Assembly: GCA_965226055.1 (NCBI GenBank)
Contig: CBDDCA010000003.1
Location: 19,954 to 83,953 of the forward strand
Length of the DNA stretch: 64,000 bases
Direction: 5' to 3'
Origin: Spirochaetia bacterium
GTDB taxonomy: Bacteria > Spirochaetota > Spirochaetia > WTKD01 > G963693115
The position numbers were made by a program, and so were the translations under genes. Position 1 is the first letter of the stretch. The number at the start of each line of letters is the position of its first letter. This document shows positions 1-8,619 of this stretch, piece by piece. The notes under the pieces are model-generated. The model was not told the origin of the DNA. It worked only from the letters and a program-made list of their open reading frames with translations, and ran no database searches.

Positions 1-41
1 TGTACAGTTATGTATATAATAAAAATGAGGAAGAGAAGAAT

Positions 42-2888
42 ATGGCAATGCAATTTGAAAAACAACGGTATCAAGATCAATGTGTTGATAATATTATTAC
101 AGTATTAAAAGAGTGTGATGTATATCAAAATAATTTTGACAATATGTCTAAAGCAATAGATACCCGTTTTAAAAAAAGTATGAGAAACCGTTTAGATGTA
201 TTGATGGAAACAGGTACAGGCAAGACATTTACGTACTTAAAAGCTATTTTTGAAATACATAAACATTTTAATAAAAATAAGTTTGTTATTATTGTTCCTC
301 GAAGAGCTATTAAACTTGGTGTTATTCAAAATATTGAACTTACAAAATATTATTTCTTTCAAGAATATGGAAAGTACTTATCGTACATTAACTATCCAGA
401 AGAAGGACTGGGAAAGATTGAACATGATTTTTTGAAAACGGATGATCTCACTATTTTGATTACTACTCATAGTGCCTTTAACTCTGATAAAAATAAAATT
501 AATCAAAGCACTGAAAGACTGTTTGAACATGGTTCTGTATGGCAAGGCATTAGAGAAAAACAACCGATTATCATTATTGATGAGCCACATCTTCTGAAAG
601 GGAGCAAGACACAAAAAGGCTTGGAAACATTAAACGATTCTCTGCAAATTCGTTTTGGTGCTACATTTCCTAAAGATACAAAAGATGAAGAACAACACCT
701 AAGCAATGTGGTATATGCTTTGGATAGCATATCGGCTTTTAATCAATACTTAGTAAAAAGAATTGCAGTAGATACAATTATTTCTGATAGTGAGCAAAGT
801 GAATTAAAGGTTACTGATACCAATAAAAAATCTTTTACTGTAATGTATGCTAAAAACTCAATTATATTTAAGGAAACTATTTTTATTGGGGATGATATTG
901 GAGCAAAAACAGGGATAAAAAAATATAATACTATTTCTGCTACAAAGATTAACAAAGGGAAAGTGTTTTTAAGTGATAAGTCCACTTTAGATATGAGTAC
1001 AAGCTACGATGTAACTGATATAGAAATTCGTCATATGGTGAAAAAGACTATTGAAAATCATTTTGAAAAAGAAGAGAAATTTTTTGAGAAAGGAATAAAA
1101 ACACTCTCACTCTTTTTTATTCCCAAGATTAAAGATTTTAGAGACAGTGACAATAAAAGTCCAAGAATAAAAAAGATATTTGAGCAAGAGTACAGAAAGC
1201 AGAGGGAAGTTATTTTTCGAGATACAAAAAATAAAATGTATAAACAATATCTATCGAAAGATATTTCGGAAGATGGCATGCTACAGGTACATGAGGGCTA
1301 TTTTTCGGGAGATAAAGGAAAAACGAAGGAGGACAGGGAAGCTGATGGGGTGAATATGATATTAAATGAAAAAGAAAAATTGCTTTCATTTGATACTCCA
1401 TTACGTTTTATTTTTTCCGTATGGGCTTTGCAAGAAGGGTGGGATAATCCCAATATTTTTACTATTTGTAAATTATCTTCTACCAGCAAAGATACCAGTA
1501 GGAGACAGCAAGTGGGGAGAGGCTTACGCATTGCAGTCAATCAAAAAGGGCATCGTTTTACCCATTTGTTTCTAAATGAAGACAAAGATGCATTTCATGA
1601 AATAAATACGCTGGACATAGTGGTGTCAGGAAAAGAAAAAGATTTTATAGAAGGAATTCAAAACGAGATTCAAGAAGCAAGTTTTTCTTTGGTAGGTGAT
1701 ACCATTACTTTAGAAAAATTAGAACAGTTAGGCTTTAATGATACAGAACGATGCTTTTTGTTTACAATATTGCTACAGAATGGTGTTATTGATCCTCAAA
1801 GAAAGATACGATCATCGTTATATGAGTTTTTGAAACATAACAAAGATAATCTCAAAGATAAACTTGCCGTTCTAGGTATATCTGAAACACGCTATCAAGA
1901 AATGCTAGATAAGTTTACAGAAAACACCTATCCTGTCACTGATAAAAACAAACTTCCTCAAGCAGTAAACATTAAACCAAAACAATGGGAGAGCTTCAAA
2001 GTACTATGGGAAACAATCAATAAAAAAGCAACCATCGTGTACAAAGACATTGAAGAGGAAAGCATTATAGAGCAAGTAGCAGAGTTGTTTAATAAAGAGT
2101 CTATAGAACCCGTGTCAATAAAAATACATAAAGCAATATATAACACTCAAAAAGATAAAATTGAATCTATACAAGAAGAAAGGCTTGAAGAGGTGAGTTT
2201 TTTTAAAGTACAAACGTATAGCGATTTTATCTCCTATTTTATGAAAGATGAAAAACTACCACTGCATTTTTTACTAAAGCTGTTCAATAAAATTGATATA
2301 CAGAAAATAAAGTGTGATCCTCAAAAAGCAAAAGAACATCTTTTACGTATCTTAAAAGAAACTATTCATACAAGTATTATCAATCAGGTATCGTATAATT
2401 TTAATGAAACAACTATTTATCCTAATAAATTGCAAGATAAAAAAGGAAATGCAATACAAAACATTAACTCCACACTACTTGGAAAATATCATACTTTAGA
2501 AGCAGAGCCAGAACATTTATTATATGATACTATTTGCTATGATTCAGATATAGAAAAAGAGCTTCAAAAAGAACCTTCCAACGTAAATAAACAAACAATA
2601 ACAGTTTTTGCAAAACTGCCTCGTATTTCTATTCCAACTCCGTATAAAAACTATAATCCTGATTTTGCCTATTTGATAGAAACAAAAGATTGCAAAAAAT
2701 TATTTTTGGTAGTGGAAACAAAAGGATATAAAAGAGAGGGCGATATTCCTATAGAAGAGCAGAATAAAATAGCATATGCTAAGAAATTTTTTGAGATCTT
2801 ACAGCAACAATTACCTGATATTGACATACAATACAAAACTCGTATTAGCACACAAAGTTTAAGCGATATTATAGAAAATAAACAATGA
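42..2888 (+). CDS. res: Type III restriction-modification endonuclease/helicase subunit (Res)
   Basis: 948-aa ORF. SF2 helicase motifs are METGTGKT (motif I), IIIDEPH (DEAH-like motif II), QEGWDNPN and QQVGRGLR (motif VI). A C-terminal PD-(D/E)xK-like signature is present (NPDF...VVETKGYK). A Mod-type methyltransferase lies downstream on the same strand. Confidence 0.85.
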   Translation: MAMQFEKQRYQDQCVDNIITVLKECDVYQNNFDNMSKAIDTRFKKSMRNRLDVLMETGTGKTFTYLKAIFEIHKHFNKNKFVIIVPRRAIKLGVIQNIELTKYYFFQEYGKYLSYINYPEEGLGKIEHDFLKTDDLTILITTHSAFNSDKNKINQSTERLFEHGSVWQGIREKQPIIIIDEPHLLKGSKTQKGLETLNDSLQIRFGATFPKDTKDEEQHLSNVVYALDSISAFNQYLVKRIAVDTIISDSEQSELKVTDTNKKSFTVMYAKNSIIFKETIFIGDDIGAKTGIKKYNTISATKINKGKVFLSDKSTLDMSTSYDVTDIEIRHMVKKTIENHFEKEEKFFEKGIKTLSLFFIPKIKDFRDSDNKSPRIKKIFEQEYRKQREVIFRDTKNKMYKQYLSKDISEDGMLQVHEGYFSGDKGKTKEDREADGVNMILNEKEKLLSFDTPLRFIFSVWALQEGWDNPNIFTICKLSSTSKDTSRRQQVGRGLRIAVNQKGHRFTHLFLNEDKDAFHEINTLDIVVSGKEKDFIEGIQNEIQEASFSLVGDTITLEKLEQLGFNDTERCFLFTILLQNGVIDPQRKIRSSLYEFLKHNKDNLKDKLAVLGISETRYQEMLDKFTENTYPVTDKNKLPQAVNIKPKQWESFKVLWETINKKATIVYKDIEEESIIEQVAELFNKESIEPVSIKIHKAIYNTQKDKIESIQEERLEEVSFFKVQTYSDFISYFMKDEKLPLHFLLKLFNKIDIQKIKCDPQKAKEHLLRILKETIHTSIINQVSYNFNETTIYPNKLQDKKGNAIQNINSTLLGKYHTLEAEPEHLLYDTICYDSDIEKELQKEPSNVNKQTITVFAKLPRISIPTPYKNYNPDFAYLIETKDCKKLFLVVETKGYKREGDIPIEEQNKIAYAKKFFEILQQQLPDIDIQYKTRISTQSLSDIIENKQ

Positions 2889-3958
2889 GAGAGACTATCC
2901 CTTTTACACCACAGCCTTTACCTCCTGACAATGTAGAGACTATTACAGCCCTAAAGCAAGCAACTAAGGCTCACCAAGCCTTAGCCGAGCTGAAAGGAAC
3001 TGCACATATTATTCCCAATGAAACTATTTTAATTGAAACGCTGATATTAAGAGAAGCAAAAGAGAGCAGTGCTATTGAAAATATCATTACAACACAGGAT
3101 GATCTCTACAAAGCAAAGTTATTTGATGAGTATAAAAATTTCTCTACAAAAGAAGTAGAAAACTATGTGCAAGGGATATTATTTGGATTTAATGTTGTAC
3201 GAGAAAAAGAAGTGCTTACTAATGCTACTATTATGGATATTCAAGAAATATTATTACAGAATACTGCAGGATTTAGAACGCAAGTAGGCACAACACTTAA
3301 GGACAATAATGGAAAAGTAGTATATACTCCACCACAAGACAAAGATAGTATCTTACATTTAATGAATAATTTAGCAGAATTTATCAATAACAATAATTTT
3401 TCTAATATAGACCCTTTAATAAAAATGGCAATAATACATTATCAATTTGAAAGCATACATCCTTTTTATGATGGAAATGGGAGAGTAGGAAGAATTATCA
3501 ATATTTTATATCTTGTATTGCAAAGGTTGTTAGATGTTCCTATTTTGTATTTAAGTAATTACATCATTGAGAATAAAGTGCAGTATTACACGGTGTTACA
3601 AGGCGTAAGAGAGAAAAACGATTGGGAAAGTATGATTTTATACCTACTTACAGGCATTGAAGTTACTGCTATTGAAACTATTGGAGTGATTAAAGAAATA
3701 GACAGATTAATGAAAAAATATAAGCAAGAAATACGGGAAAAATTACCTAAAATGTACTCCCAAGATATGATAAATAGCTTATTCAAGCATCCGTATACAA
3801 AAATAGATTTTTTTGCAAATGATTTGAATATTAGTTATCAGACTGCTCGTAAATACTTAAATAAAATTGATACAATAGGCTTATTGATAAAATTAAAAAT
3901 GGGAAAAAGCAATTATTATTTTAACTCAGAATTGATTGAGGTTTTGCGATGGAAATGA
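2885..3958 (+). CDS. fic: Fic family protein (class II-like, putative AMPylase) with Fic_N-type N-terminus and C-terminal wHTH-like tail
   Basis: 357-aa ORF. The canonical Fic motif HPFYDGNGRVGR (HxFx[D/E]GNGRxxR) is intact. An N-terminal inhibitory-helix motif SSAIEN ([S/T]xxxE[G/N]) is present. The start ATG overlaps the res stop codon (ATGA at 2885-2888). Confidence 0.85.
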   Translation: MRETIPFTPQPLPPDNVETITALKQATKAHQALAELKGTAHIIPNETILIETLILREAKESSAIENIITTQDDLYKAKLFDEYKNFSTKEVENYVQGILFGFNVVREKEVLTNATIMDIQEILLQNTAGFRTQVGTTLKDNNGKVVYTPPQDKDSILHLMNNLAEFINNNNFSNIDPLIKMAIIHYQFESIHPFYDGNGRVGRIINILYLVLQRLLDVPILYLSNYIIENKVQYYTVLQGVREKNDWESMILYLLTGIEVTAIETIGVIKEIDRLMKKYKQEIREKLPKMYSQDMINSLFKHPYTKIDFFANDLNISYQTARKYLNKIDTIGLLIKLKMGKSNYYFNSELIEVLRWK

Positions 3959-3964
3959 TACTAT

Positions 3965-4046
3965 ATTATACGAAAAAGGCATTTTGTATAAACGAAAGGA
4001 ATAACATTATACGAAAACGGCATTTTGTATAAACGAAAGTGATAAT
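3965..4046. repeat. 41-bp tandem repeat array, 2 units (array 1)
   Basis: Units are 3965-4005 and 4006-4046, consensus ATTATAC(A/G)AAAACGGCATTTTGTATAAACGAAAGTGATAAC. The consensus core is TATACAAAA-N6-TTTTGTATA; in both units of this array the left arm reads TATACGAAA, so the inverted repeat is imperfect here. Confidence 0.9.
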
Positions 4047-4177
4047 ATGTATGTAAATAAAAGAGAGGATAGACAAGTTATAGCGTATCCTGTGAAGAAA
4101 CTGTCTTATAGTATTGTAAAGACATTTATTAAGCGGGAGGATCATATAAACATTTTTGCTGATATTAGAAGGAAAGC

Positions 4178-4564
4178 ATGAAAGATAAGATAATAGAACC
4201 AATAGAAAATAAACCTGATGAATTTGATACATTTATAGCAAAAGCTGTAAATAAACAAGAGATACATAACCCTATAGAAAAGATTGATAAATCATTAGAA
4301 ATAATAAGTAATTCTGAAAAAGACTTTATTGTTTATGCAAGTGATGATGGAAATATAAATGTAAGGGTATTGATAGATAAAGAAAATGAGACTATATGGC
4401 TTAATCAAAAACAATTAGCGACTTTATTCGATGTTACTCCTCAAAATATTACTACTCATTTAAGAAATATTTTTGAAACTCAAGAACTAGAGGAAATTTC
4501 AACTTGTAAAGAAATTTTACAAGTTCAAATAGAGGGTAAAAGTACAATTTTCATCCTGAATTGA
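4178..4564 (+). pseudogene. Truncated RhuM-family (virulence protein RhuM-like) N-terminal fragment
   Basis: 128-aa ORF. The segment NINVRVLIDKENETIWLNQKQLATLFDVTPQNITTHLRNIFETQELEE matches my recollection of the conserved RhuM N-terminal region. Full-length members are about 300+ aa. The ORF ends where a duplicated copy of the fic 3' end (from 4558) is joined out of frame. Confidence 0.55.
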
Positions 4565-4594
4565 TTGAGATTTTGCGATGGAAATGATACTATA

Positions 4595-4758
4595 ATTATA
4601 CAAAAACAGCATTTTGTATAAATGAAAGCAATAACATTATACGAAAACGGCATTTTGTATAAACGAAAGTGATAACATTATACAAAAACGGCATTTTGTA
4701 TAAACGAAAGTGATAACATTATACAAAAACGGCATTTTGTATAAACGAAAGTGATAAT
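4595..4758. repeat. 41-bp tandem repeat array, 4 units (array 2)
   Basis: Units are 4595-4635, 4636-4676, 4677-4717 and 4718-4758, the same consensus as array 1. The array lies immediately upstream of the mod start and its AGAGAGG ribosome-binding region. Confidence 0.9.
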
Positions 4759-4787
4759 ATGTATGTAAATAAAAGAGAGGATAAGCA

Positions 4788-6670
4788 ATGATAGATAAAA
4801 CACAAGCACAGCATCATGGAATAAACACCATAGACAGCACACATACAAAAAGTACACACAAAAACGAAACAATAGAGAAGCTAAAAAAACTCATTCCAGA
4901 GATAGTAAGTTCTGATGGACAGCTAAACACAGAAGCGCTGAAAGATGTTATAGATATTTCACATACTACTGCCAACAACAAAGGCTATGAGCTTACCTTT
5001 GCGGGCAAAGGCATTGCGAAAGCAAAAGCAAGCAGTGAGACGAAGTATGAGTTACAAGTAGAACATAAGCAAAGCAAACAATTTGATACTACAGGAAACG
5101 TGGTAATACGTGGTGATAATATAGAAGTGTTGAAAATACTCAAACAAAACTACTTTGGGAAAATAAAAATGATATATATTGATCCACCATATAATACAGG
5201 GAATGATGATTTTATTTATAACAATAATTTCAAAAAAAATGAAGAGGAACTGATTGAGAATTTTGGCTTAGATGAAAATACTACCAACTTTTTACACAAT
5301 GTATATGGAACAAAAAGCCATAGTGGATGGCTTGCCTTTATGTACCCACGCTTAAAACTTGCAAGAGAATTACTTACAGAGGATGGTGTTATTGTTATAG
5401 CAATAGATCATTATGAATTAAATAATCTCACTTGTATTGCAGATGAAATTTTTGGCGAAGAAAATAGGTTGGGATTAGTTAGTGTTGTACATAAAGCAGA
5501 AGGAAGAAATCAAGCAAAATTCTTTGCACCAAGTAATGAATTTATGCTTTTTTATGCTAAAAATGAAAAAAAATGTAATTTCAATACTGTAGCCATAGAT
5601 CATAAAGTAGTTGAAACTTTTGATAAAGAAGATAAGTATGGAAAATATAGACTAAATAATTATCTAAGAACGGGAGGTGGTGATACTGATTTGCGAATAA
5701 ATAAACCAGAGTTTTTTTATCCTATTTATGTAAGTGAGAATTTACAAATTATAAGTTTGGATAAAATAGAAGGATATTATGAGGTATTACCAGTTACAAA
5801 CGGAAAGCAAGAGAGAACATGGAAAACAAAAAAGAAACTTTTTACCAAAATATGTTAGCAGGAAACATTATAGTAAAAAAAGAAAATGATAAAATTCAAA
5901 TTTATGAAAAGTACAGAGAACAACAGATATTAAAAACATATTGGCATCAGACAAAATATCATGCTATCCATCACGGAACAAATAGAATACTCAAATTATT
6001 AGGCAAAAAATGTTTTGATTTTCCAAAATCAGTGTATTTAGTTCAAGATATCTTAAAAATTGTCACCAATTTTAACGATCTCATCCTAGATTTTTTCGCA
6101 GGCTCTGGTACTACAGGCGATGCGGTAATGCAACTTAATGCTGACGATGGCGGTAATAGAAAATTTATTTTAGTACAGTGGGATGAAAAGATAGACAAAA
6201 AGAAAAATAGCGAATCCTATACATTTTGTACGGAAAATAACTTTAAGCCTGTCATCTCCAGCATTACCATAGAACGCTTACATCGTGCAGGAGAAAAAAT
6301 AAAAGCAGAGAAAAAAGCAGATGCATTGGATATAGGCTATAGAGTGTTTTCTCTTACCCCTAAACCGCAGCTTATTGAAGATGAAAATACAGTATTCCAA
6401 TTAGAACATGCCCGTACAGGCACGATACATACACTTGTAAATATGCTATGTGCTACAGGTAAGCCTCTGCACAGTACTATCGAAGAGAAAGAAAAAGACA
6501 TCCTATATAGTGTCGATGATACGATATTTGTACTAGGTAATATAAGCACTAACATAGTAGAGGATATGAAAGATAAAATGATTTATATTGATGGATATAG
6601 TGACATATCTTTAGAGTATTGGCTAAACTTAAATATATCAAATAGAGATAATATAAAGATAGTGTATTAG
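4788..6670 (+). pseudogene. mod: Type III R-M DNA methyltransferase (Mod, beta-class N6-adenine/N4-cytosine MTase) interrupted by a frameshift
   Basis: Two overlapping ORFs, 4788..5858 and 5819..6670. Motif IV IYIDPPYNTG is in the first and motif I FFAGSGTTGDAV is in the second, which is the IV-TRD-I order typical of Mod. Adding one A to the A6 tract at 5828-5833 gives one continuous 627-aa reading frame (...ERTWKTKKETFYQNML...). Confidence 0.8.
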
Positions 6671-6689
6671 AATGTAACAAGGAGTTAGC

Positions 6690-8357
6690 GTGAAAATTTA
6701 TGTTGAAACAAGCAACAGACCTTTTAGTGAAATAATAGGTAATAGTAAGCGATACATTGTGCCAAAATATCAACGTAACTACTCTTGGGATTATGAACAA
6801 TTAGAAGATTTATGGGATGATTTAGAAGCTATATATAATAATGCTAATGACAAAGAGCGTGAGGAACACTATATGGGATACTTAGTGTTAAAAGAAATTC
6901 AAAAAAATAATAAATTTGAGATTATTGATGGTCAACAGCGAATTACAACACTAACACTATTAGTACTGGCTATATTACAAATTTTAAAAAAACAAAATGA
7001 ACAAAGCCGTTTAGATAATATCCGAGAAAATTTCATCATATATAAAAGAATGGACGATCTTGTTGAAGAATATAAACTTGAACTTAATAAAAATAACGAT
7101 AAATATTATAAAGATAAATTAGTCTCATTAACCGAGAATCCAAAAAACCGAAATTTAATAGCTTCAAATAACTTATTAAGAGAAGCCAAAAAATTTTTTC
7201 AAAAAAAATTAGAAGAAAAAAATTTATCTCCACAGCAATTAGGAGAGTTTTTAAGTGTTGTATTTAATGGGTTACTATTTACCGTTATGACTATTGATGA
7301 TGATGTAAATGCATATAAGATTTTTGAAACCTTAAATGCGAGAGGGGTAGAGTTATCTATACCAGACTTATTGAAAAATTATCTTTTTTCTGTAGCTGAT
7401 GAACATTCAGAAAATTTGATTGATGATTTTGAAGATAAATGGCATGATATTATCGTATCTTTAGGAGATTCTGATTTTACTAAGTTCATAAGAGTACAAT
7501 GGAATAGTTTATATAAATTTAGTACAAAAGCAGATCTTTTTAAAACTATAAGAAATGAAATTAAAGAACCAGAAGATGCAAAAAATTATATTATAGCCAT
7601 ACATAAAGATATGGATGTGTATGTATCATTACAGAATTATAAGGATGATATGTGGAAAGAATATACTGAGGAAGTGAAGGAATGTATACATATGCTCAAG
7701 ATATTTAGTATTGTGCAGCCTCTGGGGGCTTTGCTGAGAGCCTTTAAAATATATCCTAAAAAAGATTTTGAAAAATTTTGTAAATATGTATTAGCATTTT
7801 GTATGCGATATAATGTTATTTGTAATTTACCACCCAATCAGCTAGAGCCGTTTTATAGTAAGCTATCTCACAGCATATCAAAAAAGCCATCGCTAAACGA
7901 TATTAAAATGAAATTTAAAAAATCATATGTTGATGATGAGCGATTTAAAAAAAGTTTTGCTTATAAAAGTATGGTAGAACCCAAAAAAGCCATATATATC
8001 CTTTCTTCTTTAGAAAACCATATAAATAAAAGCAATAGAATACACTCTGAAGATTATACACTAGAGCATATATTACCAAAAAAAGAACCTACAGATGATA
8101 CTTATTGGAGTGAACAGTTTAGGAATTCAAAGCAACAAGATATTGAGAAATTAGGAAATTTTACTCTCTTACGAAAGAAAGACAATGAAAAAGCAAGCAA
8201 TGGTTCTTTTGATGAAAAAAAGGAAATTTATAAAAAAAATACATTAAAAATTTTACAAAAGATTTGTGAGTATAAAGATTGGAATCATAAGAGTATTTTA
8301 GACTATCAGCATTGGCTAGCAGACATAGCGGTAGAAAAATGGAATATTCAATTTTAG
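6690..8357 (+). CDS. DUF262/DUF1524 protein (GmrSD-like, putative Type IV restriction / defence nuclease)
   Basis: 555-aa ORF with a GTG start 6 nt after AAGGAG. The N-terminal DUF262 signatures are VPKYQRNYSW and IDGQQRITTL. The C-terminal His-Me/HNH-like DUF1524 signature is LEHILPK...GNFTLLRKKDNEKASN. It starts 19 nt downstream of mod. Confidence 0.8.
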   Translation: MKIYVETSNRPFSEIIGNSKRYIVPKYQRNYSWDYEQLEDLWDDLEAIYNNANDKEREEHYMGYLVLKEIQKNNKFEIIDGQQRITTLTLLVLAILQILKKQNEQSRLDNIRENFIIYKRMDDLVEEYKLELNKNNDKYYKDKLVSLTENPKNRNLIASNNLLREAKKFFQKKLEEKNLSPQQLGEFLSVVFNGLLFTVMTIDDDVNAYKIFETLNARGVELSIPDLLKNYLFSVADEHSENLIDDFEDKWHDIIVSLGDSDFTKFIRVQWNSLYKFSTKADLFKTIRNEIKEPEDAKNYIIAIHKDMDVYVSLQNYKDDMWKEYTEEVKECIHMLKIFSIVQPLGALLRAFKIYPKKDFEKFCKYVLAFCMRYNVICNLPPNQLEPFYSKLSHSISKKPSLNDIKMKFKKSYVDDERFKKSFAYKSMVEPKKAIYILSSLENHINKSNRIHSEDYTLEHILPKKEPTDDTYWSEQFRNSKQQDIEKLGNFTLLRKKDNEKASNGSFDEKKEIYKKNTLKILQKICEYKDWNHKSILDYQHWLADIAVEKWNIQF

Positions 8358-8526
8358 TGTAATTACAATACTACCTCTCTGTATTTCTCCTTTTGTACGC
8401 CTCTACATCCATAATAGTAATTGACTATTATACGAACAAAAAAGTATATATACATATATCATCTAAAAAACCATTGCAATTTCCATCTCAAATTGATTGA
8501 AATTTTGCTATGAAAGTGATATTATT

Positions 8527-8597
8527 ACTATGTAGAAATAGCATTTTGTATAAACGAAAGCAGTAACATGATACAAAAATGGCATTTTGTATAAATG
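8527..8597. repeat. 41-bp repeat array, about 1.7 degenerate units (array 3)
   Basis: ...GTAGAAATAGCATTTTGTATAAACGAAAGCAGTAAC followed by ATGATACAAAAATGGCATTTTGTATAAATG. The array is preceded (8491-8519) by a decayed copy of the fic 3' end. Confidence 0.7.
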
Positions 8598-8619
8598 TAC
8601 AGAGGAGTTGCTAGGAATT

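Noticed and set aside
250-2851. Numerous 60-80-aa ORFs on both strands inside res, and similar ones inside hisD-like (11092..12078), SDR, SnoaL genes (15852..16319), SBP, tamB, mutS and rpsA
   Set aside because: They are entirely nested in longer ORFs with strong family motifs. They are typical spurious frames.
3965-4758. 41-bp repeat arrays as a CRISPR array
   Set aside because: Units abut directly with no unique spacers, the arrays are very short (2-4 units), and no cas genes are in the window.
3929-4790. Junction modules as integron attC sites / gene cassettes
   Set aside because: The cassette-like layout is tempting. However, I see no intI-type tyrosine recombinase, no attI, and no convincing R''/R' (RYYYAAC...GTTRRRY) core sites. 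The similarity includes coding sequence (the fic 3' end), which fits homologous recombination better.
3966-4872. Minus-strand ORFs 3966..4232 and 4678..4872
   Set aside because: They run through the 41-bp repeats and the duplicated leader. Their shared sequence (SFIYIHIITFVYTKCRF) is just the translated repeat. No coding evidence.
5819-6670. ORF 5819..6670 as an independent gene
   Set aside because: It carries only the C-terminal half of a Mod methyltransferase (motif I, without motif IV or TRD). It overlaps the upstream half by 40 nt and has no SD. A frameshifted single gene is the better explanation.
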